A DNA stretch of 64,000 nucleotides from Bacteroidales bacterium (lineage in GTDB: Bacteria; Bacteroidota; Bacteroidia; Bacteroidales; WCHB1-69), in assembly GCA_017506175.1 (NCBI GenBank), contig JAFVNW010000002.1, forward strand, positions 11,636 to 75,635, in the 5' to 3' direction. A model generated the notes under the pieces. It did not search any database and was not told the DNA's origin. It saw only the letters and a list, made by a program, of their open reading frames with translations. Shown in pieces: positions 46,982-57,325 of the stretch. Every line of letters starts with the position of its first letter. Within the stretch, counting starts at the first letter, position 1. A program made the translations under genes and the position numbers.

Positions 46982-47350
46982 ATGTTTCAGAATAGTTTGT
47001 TTTTTGTTGAGAAACAGGAGGTTGGAGATGATTCAGCCGATTTTTCAATTCGTTTGAATCCCGAACATCGAATCTTTGAAGGTCATTTCCCCGGAGATCC
47101 CATCGTGCCGGGCGTGTGCATTTTCCAAATTGCCACGGAACTTTTTGGATTGATCACCCCTGTTAAAAATCCAATTTTTAGTGTTAAAAATGCGAAATTC
47201 CTGAATATTATCCGTCCTTTGAAACAACGTGAGGTGAATTATCAACTCGCTTGGGAGCCTGCGGAAAGCGGATATGTAGTCAAGGCGTCAGTCTCCTTTG
47301 AGGATACGAAATTCGCAAAAATATCTTTCAAAGTTTGCAGTAATCAGTAA
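46982..47350 (+). CDS. 3-hydroxyacyl-ACP dehydratase (FabZ/ApeI-like)
   Basis: HRIFEGHFPGDPIVPGVC, KFLNII. Confidence 0.88.
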   Translation: MFQNSLFFVEKQEVGDDSADFSIRLNPEHRIFEGHFPGDPIVPGVCIFQIATELFGLITPVKNPIFSVKNAKFLNIIRPLKQREVNYQLAWEPAESGYVVKASVSFEDTKFAKISFKVCSNQ

Positions 47351-47355
47351 TTGTC

Positions 47356-48123
47356 GTGCAACCACCTTTAGATCAACGCTTTAATGAGCTTAACATTTGT
47401 ATTGTAATCCCCACTTACAATAATGCTGGGACGATTATGCAGGTGATAGAGGCGGCGCGCAGTCGGTGCAATCACGTCATGGTGATCAATGATGGTGCGA
47501 CGGATGCAACGCCTGATTTGTTGAAAAGCGTTGAAAATGAAGTGATTCTGATAGGTTATTCGCCGAATAGGGGAAAGGGCTATGCGCTGAAAACCGCTTT
47601 CCGAGAAGCTAAAAAGCGTGGCTTTGACTACGTAATCACAATGGATTCCGATGGACAACATTCAGTGGACGACTTGCCTGTTTTTTTGGATTCCATCCAG
47701 CAACACCCTGATTCTCTGCTGATTGGCAGTCGCGGAATGAATCATCCGAACATGCCGCAGAAGAACACTTTCGCCAACAAATTTTCCAACTTTTGGTTTG
47801 CACTTCAAACCGCCCATCGATTGCCCGATACGCAGTCGGGCTACCGCCTCTATCCTCTGCGTAGAATGGATGGGATGCATTGGCTGACAAGTCGTTATGA
47901 GACGGAATTAGAGATATTGGTGCGCTCTGCTTGGCGCGGAATCCCTTTGATCCCCGTCCCCATCAATGTATATTACCCTCCTGCCGAAAAGCGTGTTTCG
48001 CATTTCAGACCGCGCGCAGACTTCTTCCGCATCAGCGTGCTGAATGCCGTTCTCTGCCTCTTGGCCGTCCTCTATGGCTATCCTTCCATGCTTTGGCACA
48101 AAATCTTCAAATATCATCGTTAA
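47356..48123 (+). CDS. Glycosyltransferase family 2
   Basis: VIPTYNNA, INDGATD, NRGKGYAL, MDSDGQH, DTQSGYRLYP, RVSHFRP. Confidence 0.92.
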   Translation: MQPPLDQRFNELNICIVIPTYNNAGTIMQVIEAARSRCNHVMVINDGATDATPDLLKSVENEVILIGYSPNRGKGYALKTAFREAKKRGFDYVITMDSDGQHSVDDLPVFLDSIQQHPDSLLIGSRGMNHPNMPQKNTFANKFSNFWFALQTAHRLPDTQSGYRLYPLRRMDGMHWLTSRYETELEILVRSAWRGIPLIPVPINVYYPPAEKRVSHFRPRADFFRISVLNAVLCLLAVLYGYPSMLWHKIFKYHR

Positions 48124-51100
48124 ATGCGCAAGTTTTTCGTCGGAATTTACATTTTTTTTGAAAAACACCGCTGGGCGATGTGGCTAACCCTGCTGACTTT
48201 GGTCGTTGTGGCTATCGTGGGCATCATGCACATAAGGTTCGTGGAGGATATCAGCAATTTTTTCCCTGAAAACGGCGAAAACAAAAGAGTGAACGATGCT
48301 TACCAGCATATCGGCTCCGATAACCGCATCGTCATCAATATCAAACAAGCCCGTCGCGATACAACGCAAGAAGTTGATTATGAGTTGCTTGCTGCTGCTG
48401 TGGATTCGTTGGTTGCTCGTCTTTATCAGAATGACAAAGACAGTTTGATGCAGAAGGTTTTTTATCAATTTGACAATCAGCAAATTACAGATATAACAGC
48501 TTTTGTAGTCCAGAATATGCCCTATTTTTTAGAGGAGGAGGACTATGCCCGAATGGATACGCTGATAAATACTCAACACATTGATTCACTGTTGATTAAC
48601 GATGTGATGATTCTCTCTTCGCCGACGGGGTTCATGCAGCAGGTGATTCTTTCCGACCCCTTGTTCTTTTCTGGAAATGTCTTGAAAAAATTGGATCATT
48701 TCCGTCTGAACGACCAATACAAGGAGAGTGGCGGCTACATTTTCAACAATTCCGGCGATGAGGCTATCGTTGTGGTGACTTCCAAGTTTCCCGTCAGCGA
48801 AACGTTCAATAACTCCCGCCTTATACAACAGATTGACGATGCGATGCAAACGGTTGAGAAACAATTCGATCGCAAGGTCAAGATAACGGATTTTGGCGCT
48901 TCGCTGGTCTCGCAGACCAACTCGCACCAAATCAAAAAAGACAGTTTGTGGGCCCTTTTGCTATCCCTTTCCTTCATCGTTGCGCTACTTATCTACTATT
49001 ATCGGAATCTGAAATGTATCTTGTTGATTGTCTGTACAATATCTTTCGGTGGGCTCTTCGCTTTGGGGTATATTGTGCTGTTTGAAAATCCAATTTCCAT
49101 CATTGCGGTCGGCGTTGCTTCCATCATCATCGGCATTGCCATCAACTACCCGATTCATCTACTGTCACATTTTAAAAGGACAAGTGATAAAGTACAGATT
49201 ATCAAGGATATAGTGACTCCTTTGCTGATTGGGAACATCACAACGGTCGGCGCGTTCTTGAGTTTGTTGTTCATCAGTTCGGACGCGATGCGCGATCTCG
49301 GTTTGTTTGCCGCACTGCTTTTAGTCGGCACGATTTTGTTTGTGCTCATTTTCTTGCCGCATCTGTTGGGTAAACGTCCGGAGAAATGGCAGGAGGCGCA
49401 ACTTTCTTTCAGAAAAGTTGCAGAATTTCATCCCGAAAACCACCCTTGGTTGCTGGTGGTGATTCTGGCTCTCACTGTGGTGTTCTTCATCGGAAGTTCG
49501 AGGACCTCTTTTGAGACGAACATGCACAAAATCAACTACATGACGGATGAACAGCGCGCTGCCTTCGAGAAGTTGGTGGCTGAATCCGATACGACGGTGC
49601 AGACAGTCTATTGCATTGCGGAGGGAAAAACGACCGATGCGGCATTGCAGAAGTACGAAAAGGTTGCGGCGACACTTTCCAAAATGTTGCAAGATTCTAT
49701 TGCTAAACAAGTTAGCGGAATCAGCGTGTTTCTCCCTTCGCAGCAGCAACAGCAGAAAAGGCTGGCTTTGTGGAATGACTTCTGGTCAAAACATCGTGAG
49801 CAATTTATGGCCTCGTTCGCAAAATCCGCGAAAGAAAATGGTTTCAGTGAGGTGGCATTCGAGGATTTCTATGCCACGTTGCAGTATGATTTCCAGCCGC
49901 AGCCGTTGGAGTATTTCGAGTCGGCGCTCCACGATCTTGTCTCTTCTTACATCGTTGAAGAAGATGGGAAATCGATGATTTATAGTATTTTACAAGTAAA
50001 AAAACAAGAACGGGAGCAGGTCGAACAACGGCTCAATTCCGCTGATACGGATGTTTTTGCATTCACGGATTCCTCCATTATCACAAGAATGATTGATGCG
50101 CTTTCCGGTGACTTCGACTATGTGCTTTACATTTGTGGATTCATTGTTTTTGCTTTCCTGCTTTTCTCGTTTGGTCGCTTGGAAATCGCGCTGTCCGCCT
50201 TCATCCCCTTGACCATCGCTTGGATTTGGATTTTAGGCATTATGGGCATTTTTGACATCAAATTCAACATTGTCAACATCATTTTGGCCACGTTTATCTT
50301 CGGGCAGGGCGATGATTATGCCATTTTTGTGACGGAAGGGGTGATGTACGAATACCGGACGGGCCGTAAAATGTTGGCGCAATTCAAGAATTCCATCATC
50401 CTTTCCGCGTCGATTATGTTCTTGGGAATTGGCATGTTGATTTTTGCTAAACATCCCGCGATGCGTTCGCTGGCAGAGGTCACTGTCATCGGCATGGCTT
50501 CGGTAGTGATGATGGCTTACATTTTCCCGCCATTGATTTTCAAGTGGTTGACAACCAAAAGCGGCAAGTTGCGCCGCGTTCCCGTCACTCTTTGGAATTT
50601 GCTGAAAACGATTGCGGCCTTCTCTATTTTCTTTGTCACCTCTCTTGGCATCTCTCTTTGGGCCGTTTTCTGCAAAATTTTCTTCAATAGAAATGATAGG
50701 GTGAAACAACATTTCCATCGGATGCTTTGCAACGTGATGCGCTTTTTCGCCAAGGCGATGTTTCAAGTGGATTATGATTTGCAAAATCCTAATAATGAGG
50801 ATTTTAAGAAACCTTCCATTCTCATTTCCAACCATCAGTCGCACTTGGACATGCTCTATTTGCTGACCTTGTCGCCCAAAATTGTGGTGCTGACAAACCA
50901 GTGGGTTTGGAACTGTCCATTCTATCGCTGGATTATCCGCTACGCCGATTTTTTGCCAGTGGCGGACGGTATTGAGGCTAATGTTACGAAACTCAGTGAG
51001 TTGGTTCATCGGGGGTATTCCATTTTGGTTTTCCCTGAGGGCACTCGCTCCGCCAATTGCGACATCCTTCGCTTTCATCAGGGCGCGTTTTATCTGGCCA

Positions 51101-51675
51101 ACGAGCTGAATCTGGATGTGTTGCCGGTGGTTTTGCATGGGGTTGGGCACGCGTTTCCGAAAGAGGAGTTTCTGCTACACAAGGGGAAGGTGACACTTTC
51201 GGTTTTGAACAGGATTCCCTCTGATGTGGATTTGCGCCGCAATCAACCGACTTTAAAGGTCGCTCAGGCGTTTCGCCATCTCTATATTCGTGAATATCAA
51301 AGAATTGTGAACGAAGTTGAAACGCCATCCTATTATCGTGAATGGGTGATGCAAAACTACATCTACAAAGGGGCGGAGGTTGCGCGTGCGTGCCGTCGGC
51401 AGTTCAGGAATTTTGAAGTTTGGAAGAAGGAGATTGCCAAACTTCCCGACGAGGGCACGCTGCTGATTCAAAATTGCGGTCAGGGTGAATTCTCTTTGTT
51501 GGTCGCTTTAACAAAGAAAAATTTGCATATTTTTGCAATTGAGAAAAATCAGGAGGCATTTGATGTGGCCTCGCATTGCGCCGCCATTCCGCAGAATCTC
51601 CATTATGTAACGGAACTTGATGAAAATCAATGTTTTAATCTTATTTTAGATCAAACAAAAATAACAGGAAAATAA
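48124..51675 (+). CDS. MMPL/RND exporter fused to a lysophospholipid acyltransferase and a degenerate methyltransferase-like tail
   Basis: Two MMPL TM bundles; NHQSHLD and FPEGTRS PlsC motifs; tail LLIQNCGQGE. Confidence 0.85.
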   Translation: MRKFFVGIYIFFEKHRWAMWLTLLTLVVVAIVGIMHIRFVEDISNFFPENGENKRVNDAYQHIGSDNRIVINIKQARRDTTQEVDYELLAAAVDSLVARLYQNDKDSLMQKVFYQFDNQQITDITAFVVQNMPYFLEEEDYARMDTLINTQHIDSLLINDVMILSSPTGFMQQVILSDPLFFSGNVLKKLDHFRLNDQYKESGGYIFNNSGDEAIVVVTSKFPVSETFNNSRLIQQIDDAMQTVEKQFDRKVKITDFGASLVSQTNSHQIKKDSLWALLLSLSFIVALLIYYYRNLKCILLIVCTISFGGLFALGYIVLFENPISIIAVGVASIIIGIAINYPIHLLSHFKRTSDKVQIIKDIVTPLLIGNITTVGAFLSLLFISSDAMRDLGLFAALLLVGTILFVLIFLPHLLGKRPEKWQEAQLSFRKVAEFHPENHPWLLVVILALTVVFFIGSSRTSFETNMHKINYMTDEQRAAFEKLVAESDTTVQTVYCIAEGKTTDAALQKYEKVAATLSKMLQDSIAKQVSGISVFLPSQQQQQKRLALWNDFWSKHREQFMASFAKSAKENGFSEVAFEDFYATLQYDFQPQPLEYFESALHDLVSSYIVEEDGKSMIYSILQVKKQEREQVEQRLNSADTDVFAFTDSSIITRMIDALSGDFDYVLYICGFIVFAFLLFSFGRLEIALSAFIPLTIAWIWILGIMGIFDIKFNIVNIILATFIFGQGDDYAIFVTEGVMYEYRTGRKMLAQFKNSIILSASIMFLGIGMLIFAKHPAMRSLAEVTVIGMASVVMMAYIFPPLIFKWLTTKSGKLRRVPVTLWNLLKTIAAFSIFFVTSLGISLWAVFCKIFFNRNDRVKQHFHRMLCNVMRFFAKAMFQVDYDLQNPNNEDFKKPSILISNHQSHLDMLYLLTLSPKIVVLTNQWVWNCPFYRWIIRYADFLPVADGIEANVTKLSELVHRGYSILVFPEGTRSANCDILRFHQGAFYLANELNLDVLPVVLHGVGHAFPKEEFLLHKGKVTLSVLNRIPSDVDLRRNQPTLKVAQAFRHLYIREYQRIVNEVETPSYYREWVMQNYIYKGAEVARACRRQFRNFEVWKKEIAKLPDEGTLLIQNCGQGEFSLLVALTKKNLHIFAIEKNQEAFDVASHCAAIPQNLHYVTELDENQCFNLILDQTKITGK

Positions 51676-51686
51676 AATATTCAATG

Positions 51687-52976
51687 ATGAAATGTAAATT
51701 GATTTATCCGAAGTGGAAAAAATTGCCAGGACAAACTACTTTTAATTTGCCTCCTCATGGTGCGGTGGTTTTTGCCGCAACGTTGCCGGAGGAAGTGGAA
51801 ATCTCCTTTACCGATGAAAATGTCGAGGAGCTTGATTTTAATGAGGAGTGTGATTTCGTCGCTATTTCCATGATGCTTTCCACTCAGGTCAAGCGTGGTT
51901 GGGCCATTGCCGACAAGTATCGTGCGATGGGCAAAAAGGTGATGTTCGGCGGTATTTCCACGATGCTGCATGCGGAAGAGACGTTGCTTCATGCCGATTC
52001 GGTATTTTTGGGGGAATCGGAAGGCCGTATGGATGCCGTGATTGACGACCTGAAAAACAACAAGTTGAAAAAAGTCTATAATTATATGGGGCAACAGCCG
52101 GATATTGCATTGGTTGGACCTGCTCGCCGCGATTTGTACAAGCGTGAGCTTTATAACCACAAGGGGGTTCAGATGGTGGATTTGTTCCATGCCTCCCGTG
52201 GTTGCCGTTTCAGCTGCTATCCTTGCGCCGTTTCTTACTTAGGTGGCCGTTGCTTTCGCGCACGTCCTATCGACAAGGTGCTTGAAGAATTGGAAACCAT
52301 CGACAACAATCGTCTCTTCATCGTGGATAACTCGTTGGCTCAGAACACGGAATGGGAGATGGATCTCTTCCGCGAAATGATTCCGTACAAGAAAAAATGG
52401 ATTAGCCATACGATTGAAGACAAGCCGGAGGTGTTGGATTTGGCGGCGCAGGCTGGCGCATGGTACGTTTATCAGGCGGTTTATGACACTTCCGACTACA
52501 TCAAAGAGCGTATTAAACGTTATCACGATTATGGAATCGGGGTGGAAGGCACCATTCTGTTGGGGTTGGACAACCAGACCGAAGACGACATCCTGCGCCT
52601 CATCGATTTCCTGCTCAATGTGGATTTGGATTTGGCAGAATTCACCATCTTGGCCCCATTCCCGCACACCAAGGCCTACGATGACTTAATGCGCGAGGGC
52701 CGCATTTTCGACCATGATTGGGATCACTACAATGCCGGTCAGGTGGTTTATCAGCCCAAACACATGTCTCCCGAACGTCTGCAGGAATTGTACGAATATG
52801 CCTGGAAATCGTTCTATGGTACTGAAACTCAAGAAGAAAAAATGTTCCGATTGTTCACCCGCGTCATGTTGCGCGAAATGGAAGACGGCACCTATCGCCC
52901 GCGCAACCGCAACTTGGCCAACAAGTCTTTCGGTAAGGATGTTGACCGCAGCAAGAGCCATTTTAACGCATTTTAA
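51687..52976 (+). CDS. B12-binding radical SAM protein
   Basis: N-terminal cobalamin-binding-type domain (KVMFGGISTML...GESE); SRGCRFSCYPC (CX3CX2C); PFPHT. Confidence 0.88.
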   Translation: MKCKLIYPKWKKLPGQTTFNLPPHGAVVFAATLPEEVEISFTDENVEELDFNEECDFVAISMMLSTQVKRGWAIADKYRAMGKKVMFGGISTMLHAEETLLHADSVFLGESEGRMDAVIDDLKNNKLKKVYNYMGQQPDIALVGPARRDLYKRELYNHKGVQMVDLFHASRGCRFSCYPCAVSYLGGRCFRARPIDKVLEELETIDNNRLFIVDNSLAQNTEWEMDLFREMIPYKKKWISHTIEDKPEVLDLAAQAGAWYVYQAVYDTSDYIKERIKRYHDYGIGVEGTILLGLDNQTEDDILRLIDFLLNVDLDLAEFTILAPFPHTKAYDDLMREGRIFDHDWDHYNAGQVVYQPKHMSPERLQELYEYAWKSFYGTETQEEKMFRLFTRVMLREMEDGTYRPRNRNLANKSFGKDVDRSKSHFNAF

Positions 52977-53008
52977 TTTTTTTAGAACTAAATTAATACT
53001 AAATACAG

Positions 53009-53377
53009 ATGAAAGTCAGCGATAAATATTTTGATGAAAAATTCAATTTTGCCGGACAATGGGATATGCCTTCAACCTGTGGACTCAAAATAGTTCAGAA
53101 AGACGACATTTCAATCGTCTTGGTGACTGAATTGTATCAGGACAATCCGGGAACATCGGTTACCTATGCTGCTGGTTCCTTGATTAAACAGATTTGTGAT
53201 GTCAAGCATTTGGATATCAATAAAATAAAATACATAGAATGCAATCCCAGCACTAATTCAAAACTCTCTTTTTATGATGAGGAGATGTTTTTGGTGAACT
53301 TCATTTTGCAGGATGGAATGCCAGTTGATTTGAAGTACCGCAAATTATCAAAAGAAGAAATTCAAAATTTATTGTGA
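53009..53377 (+). CDS. Hypothetical protein
   Basis: 122-aa ORF in an operonic position; motif VTELYQDNPGTSVT. Confidence 0.7.
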   Translation: MKVSDKYFDEKFNFAGQWDMPSTCGLKIVQKDDISIVLVTELYQDNPGTSVTYAAGSLIKQICDVKHLDINKIKYIECNPSTNSKLSFYDEEMFLVNFILQDGMPVDLKYRKLSKEEIQNLL

Positions 53378-54255
53378 TGAGAAGATTTGTACTGTTTTTT
53401 GTTTTTTTAACAATCTCAGTTGCGGTTTTTGCACAGCCGAAACCCTTGCGCATTTGGAAGGATGTTCCTACCATGAAGCATCAGCGTTCGGAGATTTACG
53501 TTTATCCCGCTCCCGACTCCATCAATACGGGAATCGCCGTAATTGTTTGTCCTGGAGGAAGTTACAGTCATCTGATGGGCATTGCGACGGAGGGCTATGC
53601 TGTGGCCGAATGGCTAAATGCACAGGGTATCAGCGCTTTCGTTCTCCGCTATCGGGTGGGCAAAGACGGTTATCACCATCCCGCGATGATTCAAGACGTT
53701 CAGCGCACCATTCAACTGGTGCGCGATCGTGCCGACGAATATCATATCAACGCGGAGAAATTGGGCACGATGGGTTTTTCCGCCGGCGGTCATCTCGTTA
53801 CTATGTCGGGTGCCTTTTACAAGGATAATTACCTGAAACCACTTGGCATTCAGTCGAATGCAAGTCTGAAGCCGAATTTTGTGGTGCCAGTTTACCCCGT
53901 CGTTTCCATGCAAGACAGCATCGCACACCAGCGTTCGCGCCGCAATTTGCTCAGTCGCCATTATACCAAAGAGCAGCAGGACAAGTTCTCGATGGAGTTG
54001 CAGATTCCCAACGACATGCCCCCCACCTTCCTCGTTACTGCCAAGGATGACCCTGTAGTGATGTATCAGAACAGCGTGCAACTGGATAAAGCGTTGACAA
54101 ACAAGCATGTAAAACACGAATTCTGGCTGTATGACACTGGCGGACATGGCTATGCGATGAGCGAAGAACGTGCGGGTGAAACGGCGAAATGGCGCTTTGA
54201 ATTTATGAGATGGCTTTATAAGATTAAAATTCTTGACACACCGTACAAATATTAA
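53377..54255 (+). CDS. Exported alpha/beta hydrolase (esterase)
   Basis: Signal peptide, CPGGSY, GFSAGGH, DDPVV, GGHG. Confidence 0.9.
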   Translation: MRRFVLFFVFLTISVAVFAQPKPLRIWKDVPTMKHQRSEIYVYPAPDSINTGIAVIVCPGGSYSHLMGIATEGYAVAEWLNAQGISAFVLRYRVGKDGYHHPAMIQDVQRTIQLVRDRADEYHINAEKLGTMGFSAGGHLVTMSGAFYKDNYLKPLGIQSNASLKPNFVVPVYPVVSMQDSIAHQRSRRNLLSRHYTKEQQDKFSMELQIPNDMPPTFLVTAKDDPVVMYQNSVQLDKALTNKHVKHEFWLYDTGGHGYAMSEERAGETAKWRFEFMRWLYKIKILDTPYKY

Positions 54256-54297
54256 TATTGAAAAAAATCAATGATTTAACCAATCGACGATATTGCA

Positions 54298-55614
54298 ATG
54301 TCTTTATTTCCAGATAATTACGTTTCAGATATTGAGTTTCAGCCCCAAGAGGTCATCAAGCGGTTTCAAGAAGAAAAACTGCACGAGCATTTGGTTTACT
54401 TGAAAGCGAAATCCCCTTTTTATCAAAAAATGTTTGAATCACAACATGTTGATATTGAGAAGATTAAGCTATTAGAGGATTTACAGTATATCCCCTTTAC
54501 GGAAAAGAAGGATTTGCAGCAACATAATTACGACTTCCTTTGTGTACCGAAGGACAAGGTGATTGACTACATCACGACCTCCGGAACGTTGGGCGATCCT
54601 GTGACCTTCACCTGTAGTGAAAGCGACCTGCAACGGCTTGCCTACAATGAAAAAATCTCGTTTATGTGTGCGGGGCTACGTCCAGGAAATGTCCTTCAGT
54701 TGATGACGACCATCGACAAGCGTTTTATGGCTGGGCTGGCTTACTTCTTGGGAATCAGGTCGTTGGGAGCGGGTATAATCCGTGTGGGGAATGGTATTCC
54801 TGAATTGCAGTGGGACACCATCCAGCGTATCCGCCCCGACTCTATCATGTGTGTGCCTTCGTTCATCCTGCGCCTCATCAGTTATGCAGAAGCACACGGC
54901 ATCGATTATAGGAATTCCTCCATCAAGAAAATCATCGGTATAGGGGAAGGTTTGCGCGACCAGAATTTCAACCTGAATCTGCTGGGCCAGCGCATCAAGG
55001 AGAAGTGGGACGTGCAGCTTTATGCCACCTATTCCTCCACGGAGATGTCCACCACGTTCCCCGAATGTGAGTACGGTTGCGGTGGGCACCATCATCCCGA
55101 ATTGATTATTGTGGAAATCATCGGTGATGACGACCAGCTCGTTAAGCCCGGCGAAGTGGGCGAGGTGGTGGTCACCACATTGGGGGTGGAGGCGATGCCT
55201 TTGCTCCGTTTCCGCACGGGCGATATGGCCAGCATTCACACCGAACCTTGCAAATGCGGGCGTAACTCATTTAGAATCAGCCCGATTGTGGGGAGAAAGA
55301 ACCAGATGATCAAGTTGAAAGGCACAACGCTTTATCCAGCTGCCATCTTCGATGTGCTGGATAATGTGGATTATGTCGCCAATTACATCATCGAGGTGGA
55401 TTCCAACGAGATTGGTATGGACAGAGTCACGGCCGTTGTGGGCAGTCGCAATCCGGACGAAGAGGCGGTTGTGAAGGACCTGAAGGACCGTTTCCGCGCC
55501 CGCCTGCGTGTCACCCCTGACATCCGCTTCGATTCTATTGAAAATATTCAGAAAATACAGTTCCCCGATGTGAAGCGCAAACCCGTGAAATTCATCGATA
55601 AAAGGAATCTTTGA
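54298..55614 (+). CDS. Phenylacetate-CoA-ligase-family AMP-binding enzyme (probable aryl starter ligase)
   Basis: TTSGTLGDP, TYSSTE, PLLRFRTGD, GRKNQMIKLKG. Confidence 0.88.
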   Translation: MSLFPDNYVSDIEFQPQEVIKRFQEEKLHEHLVYLKAKSPFYQKMFESQHVDIEKIKLLEDLQYIPFTEKKDLQQHNYDFLCVPKDKVIDYITTSGTLGDPVTFTCSESDLQRLAYNEKISFMCAGLRPGNVLQLMTTIDKRFMAGLAYFLGIRSLGAGIIRVGNGIPELQWDTIQRIRPDSIMCVPSFILRLISYAEAHGIDYRNSSIKKIIGIGEGLRDQNFNLNLLGQRIKEKWDVQLYATYSSTEMSTTFPECEYGCGGHHHPELIIVEIIGDDDQLVKPGEVGEVVVTTLGVEAMPLLRFRTGDMASIHTEPCKCGRNSFRISPIVGRKNQMIKLKGTTLYPAAIFDVLDNVDYVANYIIEVDSNEIGMDRVTAVVGSRNPDEEAVVKDLKDRFRARLRVTPDIRFDSIENIQKIQFPDVKRKPVKFIDKRNL

Positions 55615-55658
55615 TTTTGACTTAACTCCACATATTCATAATTCATCATTATTAGCTT

Positions 55659-56792
55659 ATGGAGCAGCGATTTGACGATATGCGTCCCTACACGGATGAG
55701 GAGATTCCGGCCGCGGTACGGCGGATTGTGGACAACCCCTATTTCCCGGCCATCTGCGCCTATTTGTTCCCGAAGGAGCCGGTGGAGAACTTGCGCCAAC
55801 TTTGTTTGTCAGCCACCACCGCCGACGCTTTCCAATCCTTGGTGATGTCGCGCGTGGTCAAGTCCATCCTTGACCAGACTACGGAGGGGGTGACGGCGCT
55901 GAACTTTGACAAGATCGATGATTCCCGCAAGAGCATCTTCATCTGCAATCACCGCGATATTCTGCTGGATGCAGCGATGGTGCAGTATTTCCTATATGAA
56001 AATCACAAGGCCTTTTCAGAGATTACTTTCGGGAGCAATCTGATGAAGGGGGATTTGGTGATTGATATTGGAAAGGTGAATCGGATGTTCCGGATTATGC
56101 GTGGTGGCAACATGCGTGATTTTTACAAGCAGTCGATTGAGGTTTCCTCCTATATGCGCCATGCGATTCTGGAGAAAAATCGTTCTGTTTGGATCGCACA
56201 ACGCAACGGTCGTACCAAAGATGGCAACGACAAAACCGAGTTGGCAGTGCTGAAAATGTTTGCCTTGAGCAGCGACAAGCCTTTTGTGGAAAACCTGAAT
56301 GAGTTGAATATCACACCGATAGTGGTTTCGTATGAATACGACCCCTGCGATTTCCTGAAGACGCAGGAGGTGTTCGTCTCCCGTTATCAGCGATATGAAA
56401 AAGCGCCGAACGAGGATTTGATGAGCATTCTTCATGGCATCACCCAGCCCAAAGGGCATGTTCAACTGGTGGTTGCTCCGAGTGTGAGCGAGGCCGAACT
56501 CAAATTCTGCGACCAGTTTGAGAAGAATCATAAGTTCTCGAAGTTGGCTGCAATGATTGATTTGCGTGTTTATGAAAATTATAAGCTCTGGAAAACCAAT
56601 TACATAGCCTATGATTTGCTTAACAAGTCGTATAAATACGCCGAGCATTATGAAGAAAATGACAAAAAGCATTTCATTGACTACATGGAAAACGGTTTGA
56701 AGGATGTGGTGGGCGAAACAGACGAGTTGCGCGAGATTTTCCTCGGAATTTATGCCAATCCGGTGGCCAATCGGGAGTTGAATTTTATTTAG
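55659..56792 (+). CDS. Glycerolipid acyltransferase (PlsC/GPAT-like)
   Basis: FDDMRPY, NHRDILLD (HX4D), WIAQRNGRTKDGND, SYEYDPCD. Confidence 0.88.
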   Translation: MEQRFDDMRPYTDEEIPAAVRRIVDNPYFPAICAYLFPKEPVENLRQLCLSATTADAFQSLVMSRVVKSILDQTTEGVTALNFDKIDDSRKSIFICNHRDILLDAAMVQYFLYENHKAFSEITFGSNLMKGDLVIDIGKVNRMFRIMRGGNMRDFYKQSIEVSSYMRHAILEKNRSVWIAQRNGRTKDGNDKTELAVLKMFALSSDKPFVENLNELNITPIVVSYEYDPCDFLKTQEVFVSRYQRYEKAPNEDLMSILHGITQPKGHVQLVVAPSVSEAELKFCDQFEKNHKFSKLAAMIDLRVYENYKLWKTNYIAYDLLNKSYKYAEHYEENDKKHFIDYMENGLKDVVGETDELREIFLGIYANPVANRELNFI

Positions 56793-56911
56793 AGTAGAAG
56801 CTAATCTTCCCCATGTCAATGTCAAAGTCTTAGTCAATGTCAATAATTCTGCGTGGCGAATTCTGCATTATGAATTAAAATTGTACTTTTGCAGCCCAAA
56901 ACTGCAAGGAA

Positions 56912-57325
56912 ATGACGATTCAAGAAGCTGAAAATGAAATCATCGAAGAGTTTGAACTCTTTGACGATTGGATGGACAAATATAACTACATCATTGAGTT
57001 AGGTAAAAGCCTGCCGCTAATCGATCCTCAATACAAAGATGAGCAGCACCTCATCCCGGGGTGTCAGTCGCAGGTGTGGTTGCACGCCGAGTTTGCAGAC
57101 GGGAAGTTGGTTTTCCGCGCCGACAGCGATGCCATCATTACCAAGGGCATCATCAACCTGCTGATTCGCGTGCTTTCCAACCGCACCCCGCAGGAAATCG
57201 CCGACGCCCCACTCGCCTATATTGACCAGATCGGCCTCAAGGAACACCTTTCCCCCACCCGTTCCAACGGCCTCATGTCGATGATTGAACAGATTAAGGG
57301 GTACGCGGAAAAATATAGGGGATAG
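56912..57325 (+). CDS. sufE: Fe-S cluster sulfur acceptor SufE
   Basis: DWMDKYNYIIELG, GCQSQVWL, ADSDAIITKG, LSPTRSNGL. Confidence 0.95.
   Translation: MTIQEAENEIIEEFELFDDWMDKYNYIIELGKSLPLIDPQYKDEQHLIPGCQSQVWLHAEFADGKLVFRADSDAIITKGIINLLIRVLSNRTPQEIADAPLAYIDQIGLKEHLSPTRSNGLMSMIEQIKGYAEKYRG

Larger units (their letters stand above)
35190..56792 (+). other. Aryl-polyene / flexirubin-like type II PKS biosynthetic gene cluster
   Basis: Co-oriented ammonia-lyase, 3 KS, 2 KS/CLF-like, 2 ACP, 2 hotdog dehydratase-like proteins, thioesterase, GT2, MMPL-acyltransferase, methyltransferase, aryl-CoA ligase and acyltransferases. Confidence 0.85.
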
